From Bacteroidia bacterium (GTDB lineage Bacteria; Bacteroidota; Bacteroidia; SpSt-205), in the NCBI GenBank assembly GCA_025054525.1, contig JANWZJ010000007.1, positions 1 through 62,384 on the forward strand: a stretch of 62,384 bases of DNA, in the 5' to 3' direction. The position numbers were made by a program, and so were the translations under genes. Positions 44,340 through 53,478 of the stretch are shown one piece after another (the stretch's first letter is position 1; the number at the start of each line of letters is the position of its first letter). The notes beneath the pieces were generated by a model. The model did no database searches and was not told the DNA's origin. It saw only the letters and a list, made by a program, of their open reading frames with translations.

Positions 44340-46548
44340 AGTCAGCTATTCCCTTCTCTTGCGAGAATTTGCTCCAGAAATCCCTCCAATACATAGGAGA
44401 TTTAGAAGTGCGCTCGCTTTTTGCTGAGAGGAGGTAGAGATATCTACGGGCGCGCGTTGTAGCTACGTAGTGTAGGTTGAAGTTTTCTACGACAGAACTG
44501 ACATAATACTCATCATAAATAGCGGAAAGAGCCTGTTCTTTGACAGAGGCGGATACTTTGAGGGGAAGCTCTATAGCCTCTGGAGAAGGGAAAAGGCTCA
44601 GAGTAGGGGTGAGGGCATTTTGAAGGGAGGGGGGCAGGCTGGTCCAGGATACTTTTCGCCAGGAGGGATACACCCACTTCACGGAGAAGAGGCTCCACTC
44701 TGCAAAAGGTATAATAACCGCTTCCCATGCCAGTCCCTTGGCTGCATGGATGGTATAAATAGGATATACATCCGGCTCTTCCGCTAAGGTGAAAGGAATT
44801 CGGCGTCCTTTCTCATCCCACCAGCGCAGTACTTCAGAGAGTCCATAGCTGGGATGTTGCTCCAGTAGTAAATACAGCTCAGAGAGCAACGACTTCCAGA
44901 GAGCGACGTCTTTAGAGGACAGGCGATTTTCTCTTTCCCACAGTGTATATAACTCTGCGAAGGCCTGCCAAAGCAGCCACCCTCTCAACTGCCCCCCTCC
45001 TTCTTGAGTCTGGAGGGGTTTCGGCTCTGTAGAAGTAGGAGACGTGATACGAAGGCGTTCTATCTGCGATTGCCAGGCCGAACGAAACTCAGCAGAGAAC
45101 TGCTTAAGATACTGCTCTTCTACGCCTCCTACTTTGCCTGAGAGGTAGCGGAAAGTTATCTCTATGGAGGGGCAGCTTCCCAGCGTTATATCTTTGAGTT
45201 GGAGGGGATAATCAGGGAGAAGGGCTATAAGCCTGGCAGCATCGGCATGACTGCGCACTAAGAATGCAGTTTGATTGATGGGTATGGTCGCGTCCCTCAG
45301 ATCGGCTAAGATTTTCTGTAGTTCTTTAGCGCGCTCGGTGTCATCCTGTACTAAGAGCGCAGTGGCTTCGCCGCTAAGATCGTCAGTGCGTGCAGGTTCT
45401 TGGGAGGCGCTTATATATAGTCTCTTGAGTGCCTCTATGGCTTGTTGCCGTCGGTCATCTTGTTTATCAGCAGAAAGGCGGTGAAAGCAGGTACTGTAGA
45501 GGTTATTATTGAAGCTGACGATAGTAGGTAAGCTGCGATAGTTTTCGTAGAGGGTTTGGGGTTCATCTGCCTCTTCGTAGAACTCCATGAGGGGATGAAA
45601 GGAGGCGCCTCGCCAAGCATAGATTGCTTGCTTAGGGTCGCCAATCAAGACGACCTTTCCTCGCCAACCGTACGGCTCGCCTTCTTCTTTCTTGCGGCTT
45701 TCTCTCGGAATGTCCTCTTTTAGATTTCGCAGCTCTTCCATTATCGGTCGGAGAATATCCCACTGGAGGGGTGCGGTATCTTGCGCTTCATCTACTAAAA
45801 GGGCGTGATAAAAGGCAGTACTCTCGGCAAGGAGCCAAGGATGATGCCATGCGACCAAGCGCACTAAGGTACTAAGGTCTTGCAGCCAAAGCCTTCTATG
45901 TGTGCGCCGATATTCTTCTAAGGTCTGGGCTACCCAGAGGAATAGCCCTCGTTCTTGAGGCGACAGAGGAAGGACGCTTGCCCATTCTCCGTGTGCATCC
46001 CAGGCATACAGATGCCTTTGTATGAGAAGCTGGAGGGGACTGCTCTCCATTTGATGTTCAAGCTCCTGCTTGATAAGGCGCAAGGGGTCTACACGCCGTG
46101 TTATTTGTTTGGCATGGGCAAGTACTTTGGCCCGCAGCACGGAGAAAAACTCAGCGTTGCCTTCTTGGCTGAGGAGAGCTTGACTGAGTTGGTCGCGCAC
46201 TTCTAACATTTCCTCCTCTTCTACCACGAGGCGCTGATAAACCGCTAGCCCCAAAAGGGGTGCTACCATTTGATAAAGCTGTCGTATGAGGGCGTCTATG
46301 GTATAAGTTCGGAGGGGGGCTTGCCCTAAGATCTCCTGGCGCAGAAGTGGCAGGGATTCAGTTCCCCGTGCCGCAAGCTGCCGGAGAATACGCTGGCGAA
46401 GTTCGGCGGCTGCATTCCGAGTGAAGGTGATAGCTAATACCCCACGCCCTTTTCCCTGGAAGGCAAGGGTCAACTCCTCGCAGGCTATCTCTGCCAAACG
46501 CTGTGTCTTACCAGAGCCAGCCGAAGCCAGAATAACCTGAAGGCTCAT
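44329..46548 (-). CDS. UvrD/Rep-family (SF1) DNA helicase
   Basis: Walker A ASAGSGKTQ, motif II LVDEAQDT, GDPKQAIYAWRGA (motif III-like) and motif VI YVATTRAR. Length is 739 aa. Confidence 0.8.
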   Translation of the reverse strand: MSLQVILASAGSGKTQRLAEIACEELTLAFQGKGRGVLAITFTRNAAAELRQRILRQLAARGTESLPLLRQEILGQAPLRTYTIDALIRQLYQMVAPLLGLAVYQRLVVEEEEMLEVRDQLSQALLSQEGNAEFFSVLRAKVLAHAKQITRRVDPLRLIKQELEHQMESSPLQLLIQRHLYAWDAHGEWASVLPLSPQERGLFLWVAQTLEEYRRTHRRLWLQDLSTLVRLVAWHHPWLLAESTAFYHALLVDEAQDTAPLQWDILRPIMEELRNLKEDIPRESRKKEEGEPYGWRGKVVLIGDPKQAIYAWRGASFHPLMEFYEEADEPQTLYENYRSLPTIVSFNNNLYSTCFHRLSADKQDDRRQQAIEALKRLYISASQEPARTDDLSGEATALLVQDDTERAKELQKILADLRDATIPINQTAFLVRSHADAARLIALLPDYPLQLKDITLGSCPSIEITFRYLSGKVGGVEEQYLKQFSAEFRSAWQSQIERLRITSPTSTEPKPLQTQEGGGQLRGWLLWQAFAELYTLWERENRLSSKDVALWKSLLSELYLLLEQHPSYGLSEVLRWWDEKGRRIPFTLAEEPDVYPIYTIHAAKGLAWEAVIIPFAEWSLFSVKWVYPSWRKVSWTSLPPSLQNALTPTLSLFPSPEAIELPLKVSASVKEQALSAIYDEYYVSSVVENFNLHYVATTRARRYLYLLSAKSERTSKSPMYWRDFWSKFSQEKGIADYAR

Positions 46549-47438
46549 AGCTCTTTACATAGTTGTTTGAGTACCTCTTCGGTGGGATGCGGCGTATAGC
46601 CTAATGCCTTGGCTTTCTGGACGGAGAGAGGGCTATAAGCAGGGCGAGGCGCAGTAGGCTGAAGCTCTTCCATCGTAGTGGCATAAACAAGGTCTTCCCG
46701 CAGTCCCCATGTGCGCGCAATCTTTTGTCCCAACGAATACGGCGTCTCTATGTCAGCACCTGCAATATGATAAAGCCCTTGGGCTTGTTTCTCAGCCAGC
46801 AAAAGAAGTCCCTGAGCCAAATCATTCACCCAGGTAGGTGTGCGGATTTGGTCTGCATAGAGAGGAAGCACATTCCCTGCTTGGAGTTTGTACAGTACGC
46901 GTAGGAGGATATTGTCTCGTTCTAAGGTGGGAGCTGTACCGTACACTAAGGCTGTACGGGCGATAGCCCAGCGTCCTGGATAGTTTTTCACTAAGGCTTC
47001 CGCTGCCAGTTTGCTGGCGCCATATACAGAAAGCGGGGCTTCATAATCACCCTCTATGTAAGGGCGCTGCTCTATCGGATAGCCATCATACACAAAGTCT
47101 GTAGAGACAAAGATTACATGGGCTTTTGCGCCTTTGTCTATAAGTGCCTGTAAGATATGATGGGTTGCCTGAACATTATGCTGCCAGCAGAGGGTCGGTT
47201 GTTCTTGGCATCGGTCTACCAGTGTCATCGCCGCCGAATGAATCACGACCTCGGGCTGGGCCCATTCTATTAGGTCTTGTACCTCTTCCTTTCGGGTAAG
47301 GTCCGCAGGGCGATAAAGTGCTTCGGGAATAGGGTCAGGTCCCCGAGAAGTAAGGAAAATAGCGTGCTTCTTCTGGAGTGCCTGAAAAGAGACATGATAC
47401 CCCACGAGCCCTCGGGCTCCTGTGATAAGTAGTCGCAC
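46545..47438 (-). CDS. RmlD-like NAD(P)-dependent sugar-nucleotide reductase (dTDP-4-dehydrorhamnose reductase family)
   Basis: Rossmann LLITGARGLVG and the YGASK catalytic motif, with ~295 aa length typical of RmlD-fold proteins. Start set at GTG 47438 (VRLLITG), directly after a promoter box. Confidence 0.7.
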   Translation of the reverse strand: MRLLITGARGLVGYHVSFQALQKKHAIFLTSRGPDPIPEALYRPADLTRKEEVQDLIEWAQPEVVIHSAAMTLVDRCQEQPTLCWQHNVQATHHILQALIDKGAKAHVIFVSTDFVYDGYPIEQRPYIEGDYEAPLSVYGASKLAAEALVKNYPGRWAIARTALVYGTAPTLERDNILLRVLYKLQAGNVLPLYADQIRTPTWVNDLAQGLLLLAEKQAQGLYHIAGADIETPYSLGQKIARTWGLREDLVYATTMEELQPTAPRPAYSPLSVQKAKALGYTPHPTEEVLKQLCKEL

Positions 47439-47442
47439 GAAG

Positions 47443-47450
47443 CAAACATA
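47443..47450 (-). promoter_or_regulatory. -7 promoter box (TAtgTTTG) 4 nt upstream of GTG 47438
   Basis: The reverse complement of caaacata is an exact TAnnTTTG match. It overlaps the TTG start proposed by the ORF track. Confidence 0.45.
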
Positions 47451-47472
47451 CAAATCCTCTACTTTCGTAATA

Positions 47473-48831
47473 ATGAGTCGGGTTCATATTATAGGGATAG
47501 GAGGGAGTGTGATGCATGCTCTTGCGCTAGAGCTGAAACGAGAGGGATATGGGGTTAGCGGTTCGGACGACCGCATAGAAGAACCCAGCTACTCTCGCCT
47601 AAAAGAGGCTGGGCTCCTTCCCGAGGCGATAGGATGGTTTCCCGAACGCATCACATCTGAACTTTCGCTGGTGATAGTAGGTATGCATGCCCGTAGTGAT
47701 AATCCTGAACTCCTGCGGGCGCAAGCATTAAGCCTCCCTGTAATGGATATGCCTACCTATTTGGCAGCTCGCTCTGAACATCAGCATCGGATAGTAGTCG
47801 CTGGCAGTCATGGAAAAACTACAACTACAGCACTGCTGATTACGGCGCTACGGCGGTTGGGGATGGCTACGGATTGGCTTATTGGGGCGCAAACGGCTGA
47901 AATTCCTTCTACCTTACGGCTTTCAGGAGCGCCTACGTTTGTGTTGGAAGGGGATGAGTATCCTGCTTCCCCCCTCAATCCTCGCCCTAAGGCAGCGATT
48001 TACCGACCGCACTGGCTCATCCTTACAGGCATCGCTTGGGACCATGCAAACATCTACCCTACCCCTGAAGCTTACACAAAAGCTTTTGAGCACATTCTTC
48101 AGCAGCTTCCCAAAGCGGGGTTATGTTTCTACAACGCCAGTGATCCCTATCTCAAAGATTTAGTGGATAAGACGCTTCGGGTAGGATGGCATCGTTTTAT
48201 TCCGTATCAGCCACTTCCTTACCTCAAAAAAGGGCAGCAGTGGATGGTGCGTGTAGGGCGCCGAGTCGTACCAGTACGCTTCTGGGGCAAGCATAACCTC
48301 CTGAATGTCTCGGCAGTATGGCGACTCCTTCAAGAACTATCCGTAGAAGATAAAGATTTTGCTGAGATACTCAGCACCTTTTCTCTGCCTGAAAGGCGCC
48401 AGGAGATTTGGCTTCGTAGTCCTTCTTTAGTGATAGTGCGAGATTTTGCTCATGCACCCAGTAAAGTTCAGGCTACGCTGGAGGCTATCAAAGAGACTTT
48501 CCCTAACTTGCCCCTCTTGGCGGTATTGGAGCTTCACACCCATAGTAGTTTTCTGCCTGCATTTTTGGCACAATATCGCCCAGCCCTAACGCCTGCACGT
48601 AGAGGCTGGGTTTTTGTGGAGCCGCATCGTTTGGCGGAGCGGCAAGCTGAGCTGTCTGCGCTTCAGCGCGCCTTAGATGGGAAAGTCCGATGGTTTCTGA
48701 GCCGGGATTCCCTCGTAGAAGCACTTCGCATGGAGATGAAGCGCAAGAAGGCTGCGATTGTGCTAATGTCTTCGGGGAGCATGGGAGGGCTGAGCCGGTC
48801 CGACCTGGGAATATCTGAAGGGTCGGCATAA
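47473..48831 (+). CDS. mpl: Mur-ligase-family enzyme, probably UDP-N-acetylmuramate:L-alanyl-gamma-D-glutamyl-meso-DAP ligase
   Basis: VHIIGIGGSVMHALALELKREGYGVSGSD (Mpl/MurC N-terminal fold) and the ATP-binding motif AGSHGKTTTT. Start set at ATG 47473. Confidence 0.75.
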   Translation: MSRVHIIGIGGSVMHALALELKREGYGVSGSDDRIEEPSYSRLKEAGLLPEAIGWFPERITSELSLVIVGMHARSDNPELLRAQALSLPVMDMPTYLAARSEHQHRIVVAGSHGKTTTTALLITALRRLGMATDWLIGAQTAEIPSTLRLSGAPTFVLEGDEYPASPLNPRPKAAIYRPHWLILTGIAWDHANIYPTPEAYTKAFEHILQQLPKAGLCFYNASDPYLKDLVDKTLRVGWHRFIPYQPLPYLKKGQQWMVRVGRRVVPVRFWGKHNLLNVSAVWRLLQELSVEDKDFAEILSTFSLPERRQEIWLRSPSLVIVRDFAHAPSKVQATLEAIKETFPNLPLLAVLELHTHSSFLPAFLAQYRPALTPARRGWVFVEPHRLAERQAELSALQRALDGKVRWFLSRDSLVEALRMEMKRKKAAIVLMSSGSMGGLSRSDLGISEGSA

Positions 48832-48838
48832 TTGTTGC

Positions 48839-48846
48839 TATATTTG
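48839..48846 (+). promoter_or_regulatory. -7 promoter box (TAtaTTTG) for ssrA
   Basis: Exact TAnnTTTG match 8 nt upstream of the predicted mature tmRNA 5' end (G 48855). Confidence 0.55.
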
Positions 48847-48854
48847 CAGGGCGA

Positions 48855-49204
48855 GGGGGTGAAAGGTTTTGACAGCTGGGGGAAAGAGTGAGGCGCATGC
48901 GGGGTTGCTGTTCTCCCCTCAAAAGGGCAGGGCACCAATAAGTGCCACTCCTGCTTACGCTCTCGCTGCCTAATAGAGATTAGGTGGCCGAAGAAGGGGA
49001 TGTTCTGCCTGAGACGGAACCTTCTTTCGTAGGGAAAATCAGGCTGGGGAGGAGGTAGCCTCGGCTTCCTCCGACATTCAGAGGCTCTGGAGAAGGGACG
49101 CAGTGCCTCTGCTGCGCTTCTCCGAGAAGATTTTCAGAGGCTAAGCATGTAGGGCCTCCTCAGGTACCTTAGTCTGGACGCGGGTTCAAGTCCCGCCACC
49201 TCCA
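48855..49204 (+). ncRNA. ssrA: Transfer-messenger RNA (tmRNA)
   Basis: The 5' GGGGGUG pairs with the 3' CACCUCC, which is followed by a discriminator A. A tRNA-like T-arm is present (GGACGCGGGUUCAAGUCCCGCC). The internal tag reading frame GCA CCA ATA AGT GCC ACT CCT GCT TAC GCT CTC GCT GCC TAA TAG ends in the canonical ...AYALAA with tandem stops (48971..48976). Confidence 0.92.
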
Positions 49205-49208
49205 CGAA

Positions 49209-49946
49209 GTGCGGTTCGTACTGATAGGGCTGTGGGTTCTTGCTTTAGGGGTGGGGTATGGACTATCTATGGATAGTCCGTGTCTTTTGTGTGTGCCTGA
49301 TTGGAAGGGACATTGGCTTGGGACGGATCCGTTGGGCAGGGATATTGCTGTGCGGCTATTGCGTGGTTGGAGCGCAAGCATCGCCGTAGGAGCGATAGCA
49401 GCCCTATTGAGCCTGCTATTAGGCACCTTTATGGGTTTAGCCCTCCTTCGGGCGGTGCCTTGGTTGGAAACCTCCTTGCAGGCAGTTATTCAGGCAATAT
49501 GGGTAGTACCTTCCCTCCTCTGGGCTAGCTTACTTTCGTTTGTGGGGGGAAAAAACATATGGACGCTCCTCTTAGCGATAGGACTAAGCACATGGACAGA
49601 AACCGCCAGGATGGTGCGCGTGGCAGCCCAGCGGCTCTATGCCATGCCCTTTGCGGAAGCGGCTCGCGCACTCGGCTTGTCGTCAGGGCGTATCTTCTGG
49701 AAGCATCTCCTACCCAATCTCTCCCCCATCCTACGGGTTCAATTTTTTCAAATCTATGCCACCGCGGTAGCTATGGAGGCAGGACTGGGTTTTGTGGGGC
49801 TTGCGCCGGGCGCACCGTATGTAAGCTTAGGGGGTACTCTATTTGAAGGGCTTCAGTGGATCACCTTGCCCCAAGGAGCCCTCCAAGCCTTATTGGCAGC
49901 CGCCTTGCTCACTGGCACGTTATTTGCACTATATTTGTATTCCTGA
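49209..49946 (+). CDS. ABC transporter permease (DppC/OppC-like binding-protein-dependent family)
   Basis: An N-terminal TM helix is followed by LGTDPLGRDIAVRLLRG, typical of DppC/OppC, and then about five more TM segments. The GTG start lies only 5 nt after the tmRNA 3' end. Confidence 0.7.
   Translation: MRFVLIGLWVLALGVGYGLSMDSPCLLCVPDWKGHWLGTDPLGRDIAVRLLRGWSASIAVGAIAALLSLLLGTFMGLALLRAVPWLETSLQAVIQAIWVVPSLLWASLLSFVGGKNIWTLLLAIGLSTWTETARMVRVAAQRLYAMPFAEAARALGLSSGRIFWKHLLPNLSPILRVQFFQIYATAVAMEAGLGFVGLAPGAPYVSLGGTLFEGLQWITLPQGALQALLAAALLTGTLFALYLYS
49930..49937 (+). promoter_or_regulatory. -7 promoter box (TAtaTTTG) upstream of the SpoIIE phosphatase gene
   Basis: Exact TAnnTTTG match 20 nt upstream of ATG 49958, within the last codons of the permease gene. 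Confidence 0.4.
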
Positions 49947-49957
49947 ATGCTGCCCGT

Positions 49958-51277
49958 ATGAGTACTATTCTCTCCGAAGCACCTTTGGGTAGCTTTGCCC
50001 ACCAACTGATACGCGAACTTGAAGTGCGTCGCGGGGAGGCAGAAGCTCTGCAAGAGGTCGTACGCCTCTTGGCCCCTCGCGTGCGCGACTCGGCTCTTTT
50101 GGTCTCTGTGGCTTCCATCCTCCGTAGTCGCTTCGGTGTAGAGCGCCTCGCCTATATCCATAAATTCACCCCCAACAATCAACCAAAACTCGCCTACTTC
50201 CATAATTTTCCCAGCATATCTCAGCAAGCTATTGCTGAAGCCACCTCTTACGAAACTACCAGCGTCCCTGCGCCCGATAGCTTCCTGCACAAAATGGGGG
50301 TAGAGATTATCATGCCTTTAGGACGGTATGTAGGACCTAACCTCAAAGTCAGAATAGTTCAGCCGCAAGCATGGTGGCTTCTGGGTCGTTTCGCCGATAC
50401 TGAAGAAGAGAAAGCCAGTGATCTTCTATACTTAGAGATTATTGGCATGCTGATTACCGTGTATTTAGAGAATGCCTTCAATCAAGAGCAGCATCAACAA
50501 GCTGAGATCATTAGGCTGCGCCAACGAGCCCTGGAGCAAGAGATAGCGCTGGCATCTCGTATCCAGCGCCGTCTCCTCTCCACAGCCAATCCCCTGATAC
50601 ACGAGAGACTGGAAATATCTACTTTTCACTTGCCTCATCGGGGGGTAGGTGGAGATTTGTTTGACTTCATACGCCTGAATGATAAAAGTATCTTACTGTT
50701 CATCGGAGATGTTTCAGGAAAAGGACTATCTGCCGCTTTAGTTATGTCTAACCTACAGGGACAAATCCGCACCCTGGCCGAACTGAACATCCCTTTGCCT
50801 AAACTCCTATCACAGTTGCACCGGCGGCTCCAACAGTTATACGGCGAGGAAGAAGGCTTCGTAACGCTCTTTCTGGGCGTGCTCAGCTTAGAGGGCGAAC
50901 ATGCGCGACTTACTTACCTCAACGCAGGACATCCTCCGCTTTTCCTGCTCAGTCAAAAAAATCTGGCTTCCCTCCCCGCCACTATGCCTATGATAGGCAG
51001 TGAGATACTCAGTGAGGAGATTATAGAGAGCTTCTCTCCCGCTCAAATCACCCTACATCCTAAAGATATTCTCTTTGCTTATACGGATGGGCTGGTAGAG
51101 CAGCCCAATCCCCAAGGTGAGCTTCTTAGCATAGAGCGAGTCTCCGAATATATTTCCCATCTGAACCCCAGTTCTTCACAAGAACTCCTTGACTATGTGA
51201 AGAGGTTATGGGAGAATCATCGGGGTGAAGTCTCCCAAGAGGATGACATAAGTCTCATAACATGCCGACTACTCTAA
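49958..51277 (+). CDS. PP2C/SpoIIE-type serine phosphatase with an uncharacterised (GAF-like?) N-terminal sensor region
   Basis: ASRIQRRLL, GVGGDLFDF, LLFIGDVSGKGLSAALVMS, LNAGHPP, YTDGLVE and DDISLITC are SpoIIE hallmarks. Start set at ATG 49958. Confidence 0.85.
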   Translation: MSTILSEAPLGSFAHQLIRELEVRRGEAEALQEVVRLLAPRVRDSALLVSVASILRSRFGVERLAYIHKFTPNNQPKLAYFHNFPSISQQAIAEATSYETTSVPAPDSFLHKMGVEIIMPLGRYVGPNLKVRIVQPQAWWLLGRFADTEEEKASDLLYLEIIGMLITVYLENAFNQEQHQQAEIIRLRQRALEQEIALASRIQRRLLSTANPLIHERLEISTFHLPHRGVGGDLFDFIRLNDKSILLFIGDVSGKGLSAALVMSNLQGQIRTLAELNIPLPKLLSQLHRRLQQLYGEEEGFVTLFLGVLSLEGEHARLTYLNAGHPPLFLLSQKNLASLPATMPMIGSEILSEEIIESFSPAQITLHPKDILFAYTDGLVEQPNPQGELLSIERVSEYISHLNPSSSQELLDYVKRLWENHRGEVSQEDDISLITCRLL

Positions 51278-51792
51278 ATGCAGATACACTCGCTCGCATT
51301 TCCTTCCCAATAGAAGGAGAGAACTTACCCGCTCCTTCTGTGTCGGCTATCCTGCATGCGTTTCCGTATGTGTGGATTCAGTTTTTACGACATTTAGGCT
51401 GCATTTACTGCAAGGGGCTTGTACAAGATATCCGTGCCTTTATGGAGTCTTGGAACCAGGAGCCTCGCCCTTTTCTGCTTTTTGTTCATCCCAATACGCT
51501 GGAAGAAGGGAGGAAATTCTTTGCCCAGTTTTATGGGGGGGCTGCCCACATAGCTGACCCTGAGCAGAAGCTCTATCGTATCTTTGGTGTCAAGCGAACC
51601 AACCTGCTCCGAGAGATGCTATCTCAGAATTTCTTCCGGCTATATACCTTACTACGCCGTGGGCTGCGAAACGAAAAACCCACAGCGGATCCGTGGATTC
51701 TCCACGCCAGTTTTCTCTTCCATCATGGCAAACTCGTTTGGCACTACTATGCAAAATCCCTCGGCGATGTCCCCCAGTGGAGAGTTGCTTAG
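51262..51792 (+). CDS. Thioredoxin-fold, peroxiredoxin-like (AhpC/TSA/SelL-related) protein
   Basis: FLRHLGCIYCKGLVQDI is a CxxC in a thioredoxin-fold context. Length is 176 aa. Family assignment is tentative. Confidence 0.55.
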   Translation: MPTTLNADTLARISFPIEGENLPAPSVSAILHAFPYVWIQFLRHLGCIYCKGLVQDIRAFMESWNQEPRPFLLFVHPNTLEEGRKFFAQFYGGAAHIADPEQKLYRIFGVKRTNLLREMLSQNFFRLYTLLRRGLRNEKPTADPWILHASFLFHHGKLVWHYYAKSLGDVPQWRVA

Positions 51793-52630
51793 CTTTCTTA
51801 TTCCCGTAGCTTTAGATCACGCTAACGAGAAGGAGATAATTCTTAGTCTGCACCACCTTGTCCAGGGGCTGCCACATATGCCGCGCTTTCACTTTTATCA
51901 TGTTATTGCCCCGGAGCACATCAAGCTGGCCCCCCGTTCGGGTGAAAGCTTCCTCAAGCAGTTAGAAGAAACCCGCATCCGAGCCGAAGCTCAACTCTCC
52001 GAGTATGTCCAGGCTCTCAGGCAGGAGCTTGCAAGCGGTGTGCAGATAGATTTCTGGATAGAGAGCCGAGAAGTAGCCGCCCCCGCCGAACAAATCACGG
52101 AATACCTCCAACAACACCCCTTTTCGCTGGTCATAGTAACTTTCCATAATCAAAGGCGATGGGAGAAGTTTTTCGGTCTCACAGCTATATGGGATATTCT
52201 GGAGAGCTCTTCTGTGCCTGTTTTGCTTTTAGCTGCGCCGCTCTTGATTCCCCCTAAACGCATCCTATGGCTAACGCACATGCATGAGGATGAGTTCTCC
52301 AAGCTGCACCACCTTATCCCCCTTGTGCGCTCTCTCAAGGCAACCTTGTACTGTGCAAAGATTAACACACCGCAACAGTTCTACACTCACAGAACCTTTC
52401 AACGCTACCTGCTCAACATGTGCGATTATATCATAGAGAATGTGGACCCTGACTTTATACCAGAAGAATGTTTGCTGTATGCGGACAAGGATTTAGTGGA
52501 AGGGGCCATTCATGCCGCGCAAGACTTTCTTATGGATATCGTGGCGCTAAACGCCAGTACAGAAGGTGTAGAAGAGAAGTTTCTGGATCGCATCCTTAGT
52601 GAAAAAATTCCTGTTCTCATTCTGAAATGA
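51749..52630 (+). CDS. Tandem universal-stress-protein (UspA)-like protein
   Basis: Two repeats have Usp-like starts (LSFLIPVALDHANEKE and RILWLTHMHEDE) and ends (PVLLL, PVLILK). The start is uncertain (ATG 51725, 51749 or 51767). The ORF-track extension overlaps the previous gene by ~200 nt. Confidence 0.55.
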   Translation: MQNPSAMSPSGELLSFLIPVALDHANEKEIILSLHHLVQGLPHMPRFHFYHVIAPEHIKLAPRSGESFLKQLEETRIRAEAQLSEYVQALRQELASGVQIDFWIESREVAAPAEQITEYLQQHPFSLVIVTFHNQRRWEKFFGLTAIWDILESSSVPVLLLAAPLLIPPKRILWLTHMHEDEFSKLHHLIPLVRSLKATLYCAKINTPQQFYTHRTFQRYLLNMCDYIIENVDPDFIPEECLLYADKDLVEGAIHAAQDFLMDIVALNASTEGVEEKFLDRILSEKIPVLILK

Positions 52631-53478
52631 GGGTGGATACCTGGTTTATCACGGGTGCCAGTCGGGGAATAGGACGAGCCATAGCTCAGGTTGTTCTTCA
52701 AGCGGGGCATAGGGTAGTCCTTACGGCGCGTCGCCCTGCTTCGGTGGAGGACTTGACTCGGGCTTTTCCCGAACAGACACTCGCCCTACCCTTAGATGTA
52801 AATGAGGAATCTCAGGTTCGCTATACGATTCGTCGGGCGGTAGAAGCAGGCTTCGTTCCCAGTGTCGTCGTCAATAACGCTGGCTACGGGTTAGTTGGTG
52901 CCTTAGAAGAGCTAACGCCAGAATCTATCCTAAGACAAATCCAGACTAATCTCTTGGGGGTCATTTGGGTATGCCAAGCTACTTTGCCCTACCTGCGCAG
53001 TCAGAAAAGGGGCTTTATCTTTAATATCTCTTCTATTGCGGGATACTTCGGCTTCAAGGGCGCTACGTTGTATAATGCGACGAAGTTTGCAGTTACAGGG
53101 CTTTCAGAAGCGTTAGCACAGGAGGTAGCTCCATGGGGTATTTATGTGTGTAGTGTCGCGCCGGGTCCTTATCGCACGGATTGGGCGGGTTCTTCTCTGG
53201 ATAAAGCACCTTCTTTACAGAGTTTAGACCCGCATAGCCCTTACTACGACTTACATGCGCTTATGGCAGAGCGGTACGCCCAAATGGATGGACAGCAGCC
53301 CGGTGAACCTACGCATATTGGACAAGTCCTCCTTTCGTGTGTGCAAATGGGCTGGGCCCCTAAGCATCTCATCTTAGGGGATGAAGCTCGGCAGACCTGG
53401 GAGAAATACTACCTTCTAAGAGAATTTCCTGAGCTTCAGTTTGTGGGGCATAGCGAACGAGCGCCTCGCCCTGCATGA
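52627..53478 (+). CDS. Short-chain dehydrogenase/reductase (SDR) family oxidoreductase
   Basis: FITGASRGIGRAIA (TGxxxGxG), NNAG, and the catalytic YNATK (YxxxK). Length is 283 aa. Confidence 0.9.
   Translation: MRVDTWFITGASRGIGRAIAQVVLQAGHRVVLTARRPASVEDLTRAFPEQTLALPLDVNEESQVRYTIRRAVEAGFVPSVVVNNAGYGLVGALEELTPESILRQIQTNLLGVIWVCQATLPYLRSQKRGFIFNISSIAGYFGFKGATLYNATKFAVTGLSEALAQEVAPWGIYVCSVAPGPYRTDWAGSSLDKAPSLQSLDPHSPYYDLHALMAERYAQMDGQQPGEPTHIGQVLLSCVQMGWAPKHLILGDEARQTWEKYYLLREFPELQFVGHSERAPRPA

Noticed and set aside
48503-49426. Minus-strand ORFs (48503..48922, 48663..48938, 49169..49426) across the mpl 3' end, the tmRNA and the permease start.
   Set aside because: They are antisense to a well-supported tmRNA and to coding genes. 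Their composition is Pro/Arg/Ser-rich and random-looking, and I recognise no motifs.
48855-51277. Possible genomic island integrated at the tmRNA 3' end.
   Set aside because: No integrase, recombinase, phage or transposase gene is present, and I could find no direct repeat of the ssrA 3' end downstream within the window.
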